Below, in pieces: positions 63,286 to 64,000 of a stretch of 64,000 nucleotides of DNA. The number at the start of each line of letters is the position of its first letter. Position 1 is the first letter of the stretch. Position numbers and translations under genes: made by a program. This DNA comes from Dipteris shenzhenensis (lineage: Eukaryota): assembly GCA_047967505.1 (NCBI GenBank), contig CM106538.1; one strand, 5' to 3'. Under the pieces are notes generated by a model. It was not told where the DNA came from. It did no database searches and saw only the letters and a program-made list of their open reading frames with translations.

Positions 63286-63489
63286 TGAAAGGGGGAGAGT
63301 AGTGGAAGAGAGAGCAAGGGAGTGAGAGTGAGAGAGAGTGACACTCTAGTGCGGGTGTGAAGAATGATGAGCCACACCACAAACTCACTTATGTTTTATT
63401 AGGATTAGGTTTACCCTATGACTGTCTTAAGACAGTCATAGGTGTCCTATCTTTTAATGAAGGGTTGGCAATGTGCCTTTACCCCAACA
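63286..63489 (-). repeat. 5' LTR of Copia B
   Basis: TGTTGGGGTAAAGGCAC...TTTCA on the minus strand. Confidence 0.97.
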
Positions 63490-64000
63490 ACCATAAAATG
63501 CTACCATATAGAGGGCTGGTACTTGAGCATGTCATGCTCCATAACAAGAAAACAACAAAACTGAATATCATGACTGAAACTCCTCTGGAACTAAGATAAT
63601 ATAACTTGAAACTGAAACACTTGGTCACTAATGACAACATGGAATCCCGCCATAAAGGATCGGATACTTGATCATCTCATCCTCCATAAGAACATAATCG
63701 ATTATCATGACTAGTTATCATAGCTCAAATTTCTAATTGAAGATCATAAAATCAGGCGCATGACTATCAACTTGCCAACTTTGAACATACTACCCTCAAA
63801 TAGGTTTGATCTTGAATCTATCATGAATCTATCATGAATCTAACTCTTCAATTCATAAAAGATATACAAGTAGTCTTTGACACTTCTCCTCTTTGGCACA
63901 TGCTGCTCAAAACCATAAATTGGATGTAATAACTTTGAGATTCTTTTGTCCTTGTACAGCAGTAATAGTGCCCTCGGATCTCATAGTAAGCAGGGCAAAC

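Larger units (their letters stand above)
57089..63489 (-). mobile_element. Full-length intact Ty1/Copia element B (6401 bp; Tnt1-like by recollection)
   Basis: TSD ACCAT (57084-57088, 63490-63494); 204-bp LTRs differing at one site; PBS, PPT and an uninterrupted ORF. Confidence 0.98.

Overview
Eukaryotic land-plant genomic DNA (spliced gene, plant-type LTR retrotransposons with tRNA-iMet primer sites). A large-genome non-seed plant such as a fern is plausible, but that is inference only. 1-22.9 kb: a 12.5-kb non-coding Mutator-like element (2054-14534; GAGG...CCTC termini, ~56-bp TIRs, 9-bp TSD ACCTAAGGG). Its interior is a ~98%-identical copy of its own flanks, including the unoccupied target site. 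Both copies carry tandem arrays of ~390-bp nested palindromes separated by microsatellites. 23-47 kb: nested, degenerate Copia and Gypsy fragments, a 422-bp MITE with an 8-bp TSD, and a short ~181-bp satellite. 47.7-48.6 kb: the first three coding exons of a TRAPPC13 gene. Its third intron apparently runs past the window end and holds two related Copia elements: one deleted and frameshifted (50363-55431, +) and one intact and young (57089-63489, -, 1369-aa ORF, LTRs 203/204 identical). All alignments and counts were made by eye; no database searches were run.
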